Shown in pieces: positions 11,229 to 22,063 of a stretch of 64,000 bases of DNA (its first letter is position 1; every line of letters starts with the position of its first letter). The notes below the pieces were generated by a model. It made no database searches and was not told where the DNA came from. It saw only the letters and a list, made by a program, of their open reading frames with translations. The position numbers and the translations under genes were made by a program. Source of the DNA: Blepharisma stoltei ATCC 30299 (Eukaryota; Protista; Ciliophora). The stretch is from assembly GCA_965603825.1 (NCBI GenBank), contig CBFDEM010000002.1:1-64000 (forward strand), given 5' to 3'.

Positions 11229-12782
11229 ATGAGAAGCAAACAACTTCCAACCTTAAAAACTTCACGCTCTCAGCCAGAATTAAGAAGAGACTCTCTTTCC
11301 CCTCAGTCTGATAAGAACTCTTTGTCACCTCGGCATGATCCGTTTCTCAGTTTATCTCGAAATGGGTCGGCAAAGCTATTACCGGTATGTCCTTCAAGTT
11401 TGCGAATCCCTGGATCTACACAAAGATCTCCACGAAATTCCCCAGACGTTTTTACATTTACCTCAAAACACCTTCTTCCTCCACTGAATCCACGTAGAGA
11501 ACCCCAAACCTGCCCAACAAGAAAAGTTGAGCTACCTTTTTCAAGGCCGACAAAAAATATGAAACGGTTAAATACACCCTGCTTCGGCTCATCAGGAAGT
11601 GAATCAGCTGAGTCTGGGAGTACAATGCTCACTATAGATGAGCTTTCATCCCCAACATTTGAGAACTTGGCAGTTTCTGATGACCCAGAAGTTATATATC
11701 AATTGGCTGAAAAAATAAGTGAAGGTAGTTGTGGACCAGTTTATAAAGCTTTGCACAAATCGACAAGAGCGCGGGTTGCTATTAAAATTTTGCAATTGAA
11801 TAGCGATGATCTTGTTTCTGCTCACAAAGATATGGCGGTTTTACAACAATTCAGAAACTTCAATATTGTGGAGTGCTTAGGATCGTATATAAAAAATAAT
11901 GATCTCTGGATTGTGATGGAGTATTTTGATGCCGACACCGTTCGAGATTTGTTGAAGTTAATGAAAAACCCTTTTGATGAAATTAAAATAGCAGCCATTT
12001 GCAGACAAATTTTGAGGGCAATTGATTATTTGCATGATAATAGGGTAGTCCATGGAAACCTGGAAGGGAAAAATGTACTCATAGACCGAAAGGGGACTGT
12101 TAAACTTAGAGATGCAATGCTATCAGCCATTTTGCAGAAATGATTTCCGAAGCAGGCTGCTATAAGTCCTTATTGGATGCCACCTGAGACTATAATAAAA
12201 CAGAGTTTTTATAAATCATCAGATATATGAAGCCTCGGAGTTACTGCGATTGAAATGGCCGAAGGATCAGCACCTTATTCTGCTCTTCCTTCTGAAAGAG
12301 CAGTAGCCAGCATCAGAAGACGCCCTGCACAGTCTTTAACTGAGCCGCATAGATGATCAGACGTATTTAATGATTTTATATCAAAATGCTTAGTGATTGA
12401 GCCAAACCAGAGAGCAACAGCTAAGGAGCTGCTGATTCATCCTTTTATTGCAGGAGCAAAAGGTCCTGAGCTTTTAAGAGAACTATCAGCCAATTTCCAA
12501 GGAAAAGATAAAAAGAGAAAAGATTTTCTCAGTTTCAAGGAAGAAGATTGCAATGAATGCGACGAAGAAGAAAATATGGAGTCTGTGTTTACAAAACTGG
12601 TGAAACACACAAAGCTTATTAAAGAATTCAAGCTCCACTCACAAAGAAGCCCGAAAACCTCCCGCTTTCTCAAGAGTCAGCTGCCTTTTCAAGGCTCAGT
12701 GCTTTCCAGTCAAAGGAATAATAACAAATTTGATTCTTCAAAAATGAGTGAAAATGAACTTTTGAAGATCGCTGACAGATAA
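11229..12782 (+). CDS. STE20/MST-family pseudokinase (517 aa), tandem paralog of the next gene
   Basis: One frame through three TGA. Aligns to 12875-14347 but has HGNLEGKN for HRDIKAGN, RDAM for ADFG and SEGSCG for GEGSFG. Confidence 0.85.
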
Positions 12783-12874
12783 TATGCCAATTTTTGATTT
12801 AATGATAAATATTCTAATGAGATTCTCTGACAGTCTGATAATATAACTCGAAACCTAATTAGTTTCGATAATAA

Positions 12875-14347
12875 ATGGCAGATTTGAACATTCAAGATAT
12901 AGTCTCAAATCACGAAGACCCAGAAGTCATGTTTCAACTCCTCGAAAAGCTAGGAGAAGGCTCATTCGGTTCTGTTCACAAAGGCCTTCACAAATCCACA
13001 GGGACTATTGTGGCTATTAAAATTCTTCAAATCAATAACAATGAAATTGCCTCAATCAAAAAAGAAATTTCGATTTTGAAAGCATGCCGCCATCCTAACA
13101 TTGTAGGCTATATCGGGTCATATATAAAAGGCGAAGACCTTTGGCTCATCATGGAATATTGCAGTGCAGGCTCTGTTGCTGATTTGATTCGAATTACCAA
13201 AAAGACGCTCGATGAAGTCCAAATCGCCAGTGTCTGCCAAGCAGTTCTCAGGGGTCTTGAGTACTTGCATGATAATAAGAAAATCCATAGAGACATTAAA
13301 GCAGGAAATGTGCTGTTAGACCATAAAGGTGTAGCGAAATTAGCAGATTTTGGAGTTTCTGCACAACTATTGCATACTTTGTCGAAAAAAGATACAGTTA
13401 TTGGGACTCCGTACTGGATGTCGCCTGAAGTCATATCAAGGTCCTGCTATAACAAAAAAACTGACATATGGAGCTTAGGCATCACAGCTATTGAAATGGC
13501 AGAAGCAGAGCCTCCTTACTCGAATATTCCTCCAGTGAGAGCTATGTTTACTATACAAAGATCTCCAGCACAATCGTTAACTGAGCCTAGAAAATGGTCT
13601 CCTGAGTTCAATGATTTTGTATCAAAATGCTTAACAATAGAGCCAAAACAGCGACCCACAGCTAAAGAACTATTAATTCACCCCTTCATAAGAAGAGCGA
13701 GAGGGCCTGGACTTTTAAGCGAACTAGTCGCACAAGCTATGGACAGCATTGAGAGATACAGAACAACACAAAACCAAAGTGAAGGCTCTGAAGAAGAGGA
13801 GGAAGAAGAAGCTGAATGCGATAATGGAAGCATGGTTTATAAAGGCACTGAAGAATTTAACTCGGGCACTGTCATTCAATATGATACTATGGTCGAGATT
13901 CCAGAAGAGTCTAAAATGTCAACAATAATTGTAAAAGATGGGAAAGAGAACAAAAAAGAAACCGAGCAACAAGGGACAGTAAGAATTGAGTACTCTGACG
14001 AGGAAGAAGAAAATGTGGAGCCTGAGTTCATGAAATTGGTAAGGCAGGCTGAAGGAATCCCAGAGCCTAAGCCGCAACCCAAAAAAAGCGTCCAGCCTCC
14101 TCAGCAGTCGCCAGTTGTTTATAGTCCTCCAGTGTTAAATAGCATTCCGCCATCTCAAAAGGGACAGATTCCTCCTGAATTTAGAGGGATGTCAATTGAA
14201 TATATTGAAAAGTCCTTAAAGAGACTTAACGTTGACATGCTTGCTGAAATTGAAGTGGTGAAATCGAGATATGCAGAAAGAATTAAATCATTTGAAAAAA
14301 TCCTTGAAGTGCTCAAGCAAGAGGAAAAGCAAAGAAAAGTTTTATAA
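12875..14347 (+). CDS. MST1/2 (Hippo)-like STE20 kinase with C-terminal SARAH-like helix
   Basis: GEGSFG, VAIK, HRDIKAGN, DFGVSAQL and TVIGTPYWMSPE. The C-terminus EFRGMSIEYIEKSLKRLNVDMLAEIEVVKSRY resembles the MST SARAH helix. Confidence 0.92.
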   Translation: MADLNIQDIVSNHEDPEVMFQLLEKLGEGSFGSVHKGLHKSTGTIVAIKILQINNNEIASIKKEISILKACRHPNIVGYIGSYIKGEDLWLIMEYCSAGSVADLIRITKKTLDEVQIASVCQAVLRGLEYLHDNKKIHRDIKAGNVLLDHKGVAKLADFGVSAQLLHTLSKKDTVIGTPYWMSPEVISRSCYNKKTDIWSLGITAIEMAEAEPPYSNIPPVRAMFTIQRSPAQSLTEPRKWSPEFNDFVSKCLTIEPKQRPTAKELLIHPFIRRARGPGLLSELVAQAMDSIERYRTTQNQSEGSEEEEEEEAECDNGSMVYKGTEEFNSGTVIQYDTMVEIPEESKMSTIIVKDGKENKKETEQQGTVRIEYSDEEEENVEPEFMKLVRQAEGIPEPKPQPKKSVQPPQQSPVVYSPPVLNSIPPSQKGQIPPEFRGMSIEYIEKSLKRLNVDMLAEIEVVKSRYAERIKSFEKILEVLKQEEKQRKVL

Positions 14348-14419
14348 TAACCAATATAATTATCTATTTAAGCACATAGTCTATAATATCATTAAGAATT
14401 CTCTATTTCATAAATAAAA

Positions 14420-15979
14420 ATGGATTGGAAATACAAACTTCCCAGCATTCAAAACCGCCTTCGATTTCAACTCTTTTCTCGACGCTATGACGGAATGGAG
14501 CGGGTTTACCATCTTTTCTCAGTATTTTTCATTTAGGAAAGCGATAGAGACCAAAGTGGGAGTCTTGACCGTTATGAGTTCGAAGCATTTTTAAGCAAGG
14601 TTGGATTATTCCTCACAACCCAAGAGCAAAGTGAGCTTTTCAGATATTACGATAAAAACCACGACGGCCAGATCTCTGTGACTGAGTTCCTTTCTTCTCT
14701 GCAGTCAGAAATGTCTGAGCAGCGCCTTAGTGCAGTCAAAGCTGCATTTCAATTTCTAGACACAGAAAACAGAGGCTCAGTTCCAATTGAAAGGCTTCAA
14801 AGATTATATCGTGCCAATCGTCACCCAAGGGTGTTAACCAGAGAAAAAACAATTGAGCAAGTGACTAATGAGTTCAACTCTGCCTTAAGCAGATATTCAG
14901 ACAATGGAATTATGTCTGAAGATGGCTTTTTAGCTTATCACGCTTCTTTAAGTGCTACAATTCCTACAGAAAGCGATGAATATTTTACAAATTTATTAGT
15001 CGAGACTTGGGGTGTTAATTTTACAAACCAATTGTCAACAGGCAGGACTCTGGAAAATCTTGAAGAAATTTTAAATGAAAAAATAAGGCAAAGGACTAGC
15101 AGCTCAGAAGATGAAGGAAAAAGTGTGTTAAGGACTTTTAATTATGTGGATAAAGATTCTTCAGGAGCTATTACATATCAAGAGTTTAAGCAGGCTTTAG
15201 ATCAGTGGGGATGTGCCTTCTCAGATGATGAAGCCAGGGCGCTGTTTGACAATTATGACAGGGATAAGTCAGGGTATTTGCTAATAGAAGAATTCGCTCA
15301 AGCTTTTGCGACGAGAGGGGCAGCTGGATGCCATCAGTTTAATGGGAAAAGAGAGCCTCCTAATTCAATTATTGATAAAATCAGAAAAGACTTGTTAAGG
15401 AGAGGATTCCATGGGATTAGAAGCTTAGGCTTAGTTTTTAAAAGGCTTGACATCACCCAGAGTGGAGTTTTGACTAAAAACGATTTTGAATGGGGGCTAA
15501 GAGACAATGGCCACTTTTTGAACCAAATGGACTTAGACCGCTTATTCAACTATTTTGACAAGAACCGCAACAGCAGGATCCAATATAATAATTTCATAGC
15601 GATATTGAGAGGAGACCTAAGTCAAGGCAGAAAACAATTGGTTTCTGCTGCATACCAAAAGCTGTCAAATAATGGAGTTTTGAGGCTAGAAGACTTAAGG
15701 GCAAACTATGACCCTGGCTTCCACCCAGAGGCCAAAAGTGGAAGAAAGTCTCGTGAGCAAGTTCTCAGTGACTTTATAAGCCAGTGGCCAGTTCCTAATC
15801 AAGCGATTATTTCTGCTGAAGACTTTGAGAGCTATTATAAAGATGTATCACTCAGTTATTCAAGAGATGACGAATTTGAGAATATGATTAGGAGCGCTTG
15901 GCATATGGAAATTCTGCCCACCCAGCCATCTAAGACTCTGTCTTCAATGCAGAGCACCCAAAGAAATAAAGCTCGTTAA
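14420..15979 (+). CDS. Calcyphosin-like multi-EF-hand protein; intron 14522-14536
   Basis: ATG at 14420. Removing the 15-nt intron restores EF-hands DRDQSGSLDRYEF and DKNHDGQISVTEF. Also HPRV/HPEAKSG and DDEFENMIRSAW calcyphosin-type motifs. Confidence 0.85.
14522..14536 (+). other. 15-nt spliceosomal intron GTATTTTTCATTTAG
   Basis: GT..AG with A at -6. Contains an in-frame TAG; removal joins the ATG exon to the EF-hand frame. Confidence 0.85.
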
Positions 15980-16036
15980 ACTTAATTTAACTTTACTCAT
16001 TTTTATGTTGTTGTTATAATTAAAAGGCGACATCCA

Positions 16037-17455
16037 ATGGATTTTTTCCATAAAATTGGCTCAATTGGCTCAAAAATTGGAGCAGATGAAGTAAAATACG
16101 ATTTAAACGCAACTATACACTATATTTCAGCAAAACTAAATGCAGAGGGTCAGTTAAAAGTGGTTGTAAAGCGCGGAGCTGACAAAAAAGAAGAAACCCA
16201 GGCAATGCAATACGATGCAACCCAACAAAAAGCGATTTTCGAGTACCCTGTGACGTTTTTCATTACCATGTACAGAAAAGGTGACAAATTCGGCAAAAAA
16301 GATCTCAGTTTTCGAATGGTCGATTTATCGTCCAGCAAAAGAGGGTTAAAGAACGGCAAAGCCACTGTCGAGTTCCAAGATCTCGCCTCCACAAATGGAT
16401 CAATTGTACGAAAAGAGTTCCCTTTAAAAGGCTGCACTGACAAAAAAGCAGTCATTTGTATAAGCATCAGCCTGTCAGAAGCAAAAAATATCCGAAGCCA
16501 ATCAGCGTATATGGATGAAAGACCAAAAGATGGCAGAAAATTCAGGGAGAGGCTTCCTACGTCAACTAAAATTGTGATGAGTCCTGATCAGACTTCAAGG
16601 CACAACCAAAGAAATGCAACTTTTGTTGCTACTGGAGATTATATTAGCCACCAAAAAATGCTTTCTTCTACTTTTGCGATAGATGAAACCTATGATGAAG
16701 ATATGGGGGAAACCGTCAAGAGTGCAGGGATCACTGAGAAAATGCCTGAAAGTCCTTATAGAACTAACTCAGTCAATACTCAAGAAAGTGAAGAAGGCAA
16801 CTCTGGGAGAATTTTAGCTGATCAGTATTATGAGCCTGAAGACAAGGGTGCACAGAAAAAGTTTATATATAAAGCTGAGCCAATTTCTGATTTCGACGCT
16901 TATGTGTATCCAGCACTGCCTGAAGCTGAAAAGTTTGTATATCCTCATCAGTCTCCAAAAAATGCTGAAATCATAAAAACTGATGAGCTGAAAGTAGAAG
17001 AAATTGAAAACATCCCTGAAAGCCAAGAAGGAGATCAGGCGACAACAGCCTTTGAAGAAAAAAAGCCAAGAGAAGGCTTGACGATTGAAATTGAAGAGGA
17101 AGAGAGCGAGGAAGATGAAGATGAAGAAATAAAAGAAGAGGAAAAAGAAGTCCAGCCGAAGGTTGATTTGCCATTGATGTCCCCTAGGAGCTTGATTTAT
17201 AAGAATCTTGGGATATCAAAAGAAAATATCATAAACCCGAAAGATTCTCATATAGAGTCAGAGGCATCCAGCTCAGATGAAGATTTTATAGAAGTTGATC
17301 AGGAGGAATTAATTAAATGCCAGCTTCCACCATTGAGGTTAGAGCTAGCTGTTGCGAATGAGAAAAGCAAAGAAAAAGAGATTAAAGAAAGAGAAAACGG
17401 CAATGGGATTGTTGAAAGCAGGAACGGGTCATGCGCAAAATGTATTTTATTTTAA
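16037..17455 (+). CDS. NT-type C2 domain protein with acidic tail and C-terminal CaaX (CILF)
   Basis: Beta-rich N-terminus (ITMYRKGDKFGKKDLSF..GKATVEFQDLA) resembles the EEIG1/EHBP1 NT-C2 domain. Ends in SCAKCILF*. Confidence 0.7.
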   Translation: MDFFHKIGSIGSKIGADEVKYDLNATIHYISAKLNAEGQLKVVVKRGADKKEETQAMQYDATQQKAIFEYPVTFFITMYRKGDKFGKKDLSFRMVDLSSSKRGLKNGKATVEFQDLASTNGSIVRKEFPLKGCTDKKAVICISISLSEAKNIRSQSAYMDERPKDGRKFRERLPTSTKIVMSPDQTSRHNQRNATFVATGDYISHQKMLSSTFAIDETYDEDMGETVKSAGITEKMPESPYRTNSVNTQESEEGNSGRILADQYYEPEDKGAQKKFIYKAEPISDFDAYVYPALPEAEKFVYPHQSPKNAEIIKTDELKVEEIENIPESQEGDQATTAFEEKKPREGLTIEIEEEESEEDEDEEIKEEEKEVQPKVDLPLMSPRSLIYKNLGISKENIINPKDSHIESEASSSDEDFIEVDQEELIKCQLPPLRLELAVANEKSKEKEIKERENGNGIVESRNGSCAKCILF

Positions 17456-17765
17456 TTTATAAAAATTAATTTTATTTGTTTATATTAATGGCTAATTTTT
17501 GAATGCAGTTGTGAACTGCATCTGGAAATTTATCTAGAAGATCACCAATTTTGCCGGGCTGCTAATAATTTTTTTAACTTTTTAGACTTTCCACATTTCC
17601 CATATATTATTAGGTATTATTTATATTGATATTATTGCTTGGGTTTTAGTATTTTACGTCAAATTTTCTATATATCTTAGCTTTAAGAAAAAATAGACAA
17701 TTGAGCTTTTTTAATTATATTAATGGAAATCTTCTTAATGGATAATAAATCACTTTTATATAAAA

Positions 17766-19187
17766 ATGAGCCTAAAACTCTCTTCTTGCTGACCAAGCTC
17801 ACGACTCCTATATAAAAAAGAAACAAAAACCCCAAGAAGCCTTTCTAATATCCTTTTCACACCAAAGAAAGTCATTAAACCAAATTTTCCCCAAAGAAGA
17901 AATAGTTTGCTCGACGGCAGTGAAAGTAGCAATCTTGATGCGTCTCCTAAGCTGCATTCACGTAGATCTCCTCGAAATGAACAATCAATAAATCAATCAA
18001 CCAATTTTTCTCCAAATGATTCCACAAGCAGTTTAAATTCGAATTATCATAAATTTAGCTCAAGGACTATTTTGACTGCGAAAAATAAAACTAGGGCACA
18101 AAGATCTTCTTCTCTTTTTTCTCCGACCCAGCTTGAGTCGGCAACTCCGCAATCCACAAATTTGAGATCCTCTAATAAATCTACATTAGAAGATCTTGGA
18201 TCATATAATCCAAGGCCAGAAAGAGCAGTAACTAAAACACATTCATCACCAGATTTGACATCTAGTCTTGGAGAACTGCCCAATGAAAAACCTAAAGAAA
18301 ATCCTCAGAGTGCACATCTTCTAGAAAAACTAGTAACCCAAGTGAAATCTCCAAACTTACAACCCCCTTGCCTCGAAAAAGCCAACGCAAAGCTAATGCA
18401 AATGAAAGCAGAAACTCTTTATAAGCAGCACTTATTTCAAACTTGTCAAGCTTTAAAGCTGATCAAAAAGCTGCAGCCCCTAAACTGTATTCAATTAAAT
18501 GAGAAAAAGATTAATTTACAGAAAAAGCCGGGCCATGAAAATAAAAAAACAGTCATTTTTGATTTGGATGAAACTTTAGTCCATTGCAATGAAATAAGCA
18601 AAAAATTCACGCCTGACGCTGTTCTCCCAATTCGCTTTGTTACAGGCGAAGTTATCAATGTAAACTTTAATTAGGCTGGAATTAATATAAGACCCTATAC
18701 AAAAGAGTGCTTGGAATATGCAAGCCAAAATTTTGAAGTCATTGTATTTACGGCTAGTCACAAATGCTACGCAGATGCTGTCTTAGATTATTTGGACCCC
18801 AAAGGGGATTTAATTCATCACCGATTCTATCGAGACAGCTGTATAATCAACCAAGGGGTTTATATAAAAGATTTAAGGATTTTTCTAAATCGTGACCTTT
18901 GTGATATGATAATTGTGGATAACGCAGCTTATAGCTTCGCCTATCAAATTGATAATGGAATTCCAATAATTTCTTGATTTGACGATAAAAATGATACAGA
19001 ACTCTTGAACCTTATCAATTATTTGAAAGTTTTGCAAGAAGTAAAAGACGTTAGAGAAATAAACAGAGAGACTTTTAAGCTTTATTCATTGGCAGATGAA
19101 AGTGAAGAAAGCATTCTTAATAGAGTCAAAAGGAGAGTTGTGCATAGAAGAACCAGATCAGTGGACGATTCCAAAATTAAAGAGTAA
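17766..19187 (+). CDS. SCP/CTDSP-like (NIF/FCP1 homology) HAD phosphatase; intron 18660-18674
   Basis: DLDETLVH, INIRPY, VFTAS..YAD.VLD.LDP, YIKDL, IIVDN and NGIPIISW(TGA)F. An in-frame ATG at 17766 is reached through one TGA. Confidence 0.9.
18660..18674 (+). other. 15-nt intron GTAAACTTTAATTAG
   Basis: Removal restores EVIN-AGINIRPY; contains an in-frame TAG. Confidence 0.9.
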
Positions 19188-19260
19188 ATGCTTAATTTAC
19201 TGCCGTAGGTATTATTTTCTTAACAATTTTAATTATAGCAAATAGTAAAATGAAATATAT

Positions 19261-20991
19261 ATGGAAGAAGAAATTAAAAGAAAAGACGAAATCATTGCGG
19301 ATTTGCAGAATAAACTTTACTCGATGACCATGAAAATCAACAGGACTTCTAGTCCTCAATCAAGGCTAAAAAGTTCTCATTTACATTCAAGGCCTACTCC
19401 AAAGTCAAAATTATACAATAAAATAAGAAAAAATGAGCCATTCAAAACAAGCGATTTTTCTATACAGCACCAATTTATGACCTCCAAGCAGCCATATCGT
19501 GATTCCCGTAGAAATACCTCGTATATGCATAATTATGGACTATCTATGGATTCAACTGGGCATTGTCCAACCCTTGAACAGATTGTTGAAGACACATTCA
19601 ATGAAGACAACGGTCAAATAGTAATGCTCATGAAACGAAAAGACCCCAATAAGAAACCAGCGAAATTTTCCAAAAATTCACGACTTATCCAATTGAAAAC
19701 AAAAATTCGTTATAAAGAATCCTCGCTTAAATACCCAAAAATAGCTAGCAAAAAATGAAAAAATCCGGTCCTTGAAAAAGTGTCAAGCAGTCCTCATAAC
19801 ATTTTGGACAATCTATTTATGGATTCTTCCAGCAGAATAAAATCAAGAAATCACAGTGAGCTAGACTGGCCCAAAAGACCTCCATCAAGAAATTCTATCC
19901 AAAACTCAAGCGGAGAGCTGACAAGTTCTTTGAATTTACGAAAGCCATTCCCATCCTTAAGCGATTCTGAAAGCTCACGTCCTGCGTCCAGGTGCAATAA
20001 TCCAACAGAAAGAAGAAACCAATCAGTCGATATGGATTGCATAAAGCCACTGGCAAAGGCCAAAAAAGCTAATTTAGTCGACCAAATCTTGTATAATGAT
20101 TTAGACAAAGATTCCTGAAACCAAGTGTTAAAGAAAATAAGAGAAGATCCTATTTTATTGAGCGAAATCTTAAAGCCAGGAGAAAAAATAGAGTTCGAAA
20201 AAATGTCTCCAAGGCAGAGAAGATCTGTAACTCCTTATAAAGGCTCAAGAGACAGATTAAGTGCTGACAAATTATCTCCAAGACCTAAGCCAACTCGAGC
20301 ACAATCTGCGTATCCTAAAAATATAGAAAATTCATCCACGAAGCTGATTCCTCGTTCTCCTAGTAAATTGGAAAGGATTAATAGCTTTGGATTGAGGACC
20401 TATAAAGTTCATAACGTAGATTGAAGCCAGTCTATTTTAGATCCTTTGTCAAATAAACCAAGCAATGATTTTAACGAAGAAAAAGATTTATCAATTTTTA
20501 CATCATCAGAAATAGAAGACCTTTTGATATCTAGCAATACTTTATCTACAGAAGACCAAGCCACTTTACAGTATAAAGGTTTAGCAACCCTTGAAAAGCT
20601 TAGAACCGAGCTTATGCTTCCAGGCTCTTATAGTGCTACAAAAAATGCTGAAAATTTAACTGAACTTCTCAAAAAATGCGCAAATCTTATCCGAGCCCGA
20701 GCACTTACTTTAAAAATACTTAAGCTTATACACACCCGAGAAGACAAAATCCTATCCTTAATGTCATTAGAGGAGGCTAATCTTGATCTTCTCAATACAA
20801 AATACTCTGATTTACTTAAAGCTACTGAAGAAATATCTCAAGCCATAGGTTTTTGGAAGCAGCTAGGACTTCCTTATTCATCATTTGTCTATCTCGGCGA
20901 AGACTATTTCCTCAAGCTTTACGAAGACTTAAAAAATGTAAAAAGTGTGTACCCTCAGCTAAAATCAGATGATTTAACTTTGCCATATTAA
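19261..20991 (+). CDS. Hypothetical Ser/Arg/Pro-rich protein with helical C-terminal domain (576 aa)
   Basis: Four ORF-track pieces share one frame, separated only by TGA; ends in TAA. Confidence 0.75.
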
Positions 20992-21021
20992 CCTAACAGA
21001 CGCTATTAGATTTTTAATAAA

Positions 21022-22029
21022 ATGTTAAGACAGCCAGTCTCAGTCGTCCCTTTAACTAATGTTTCTGTAGTTCGGTATAAATCTGAGTTTGGTAGGTTTG
21101 AAATTGCATGCTATCCAAATAAAGTAACTAATTGGCGCAATGGCATCGAAAAAGATATCGACGAGGTCCTACAGTCAAAAGAAATCTTCAAATCAGTCCA
21201 AAAAGGAATTTTAGCTAAGCCAGCTGACCTTCACAAAGCATTTGGGAAATCCTCAGACTACGAAGTCATACAAACCATCTTAAGAGACGGGGAAATCCAA
21301 GTCAACGAACTCGAAAGAAAAAGCCAGCAGGACAGTATGCTTAAAGATATAGCCACCATTATTTCTGAAAAATGCACCGATAAACAGACTGGAAGACTGA
21401 TTCCTTTCAGTATTATCATGAGGGCCATGGAAGAAATTCATATCAGTGTAAAACCAAACCAAACAGCCAAAAAACAGGCCTTGAAAATAATCCAGAAATA
21501 TGGAGACAAGCTGGGACTAGAAAGAGCCAAAATGAGAATCAGGCTAACCTGCCCACTGGAGCACCATGAAAAAATCTCAGAAGAGCTTAAGCAGATGGAA
21601 ATTGAGCACACAAATAATGAAGGAAGCTCTGTTATAATTGCAGGACTAATACATCCAGAAAGCTATAGATCAATTTACCAGAGCATACAGAAATTAGGCC
21701 TATCAGATGCAATTGGGCTGGAAGTTATTGACCAGACTGTGCAAGGGAATATAGAAGCAAAACAAAAAGAGATGGAAGAAAGGAAAGAAGAAAGATTTGA
21801 GCAGAAGCCGGAGCCTGTGAAACAAAAACCAAAGAGTGGGTTTGTGTGCAATACATGCCCTAATGCAGAATTTGCAGATTTAGGTGACCATAGAGCACAC
21901 TTTAAGACAAATTGGCATAAGTTTAATGTGAAACGAAAGGCGAGGAGCATGGAGTCAATAAGTGAGGCTGAGTTCAGCATTCTGACAGAAAGTGAGGTGC
22001 AAAACTTCTTACTTCAAAAAAATGTTTAA
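21022..22029 (+). CDS. SBDS: Ribosome maturation factor SBDS/Sdo1 with C-terminal C2H2 zinc finger
   Basis: LTNVSVVR..RFEIACYPNKV..WRNGIEKDIDEVLQ, AKKQAL, ERAKMR; C-terminal CNTC..HRAHFKTNWHKFNVKRK. Confidence 0.95.
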   Translation: MLRQPVSVVPLTNVSVVRYKSEFGRFEIACYPNKVTNWRNGIEKDIDEVLQSKEIFKSVQKGILAKPADLHKAFGKSSDYEVIQTILRDGEIQVNELERKSQQDSMLKDIATIISEKCTDKQTGRLIPFSIIMRAMEEIHISVKPNQTAKKQALKIIQKYGDKLGLERAKMRIRLTCPLEHHEKISEELKQMEIEHTNNEGSSVIIAGLIHPESYRSIYQSIQKLGLSDAIGLEVIDQTVQGNIEAKQKEMEERKEERFEQKPEPVKQKPKSGFVCNTCPNAEFADLGDHRAHFKTNWHKFNVKRKARSMESISEAEFSILTESEVQNFLLQKNV

Positions 22030-22063
22030 TCAAATTTAATTTGATATTAGGATTAGTGTAATC

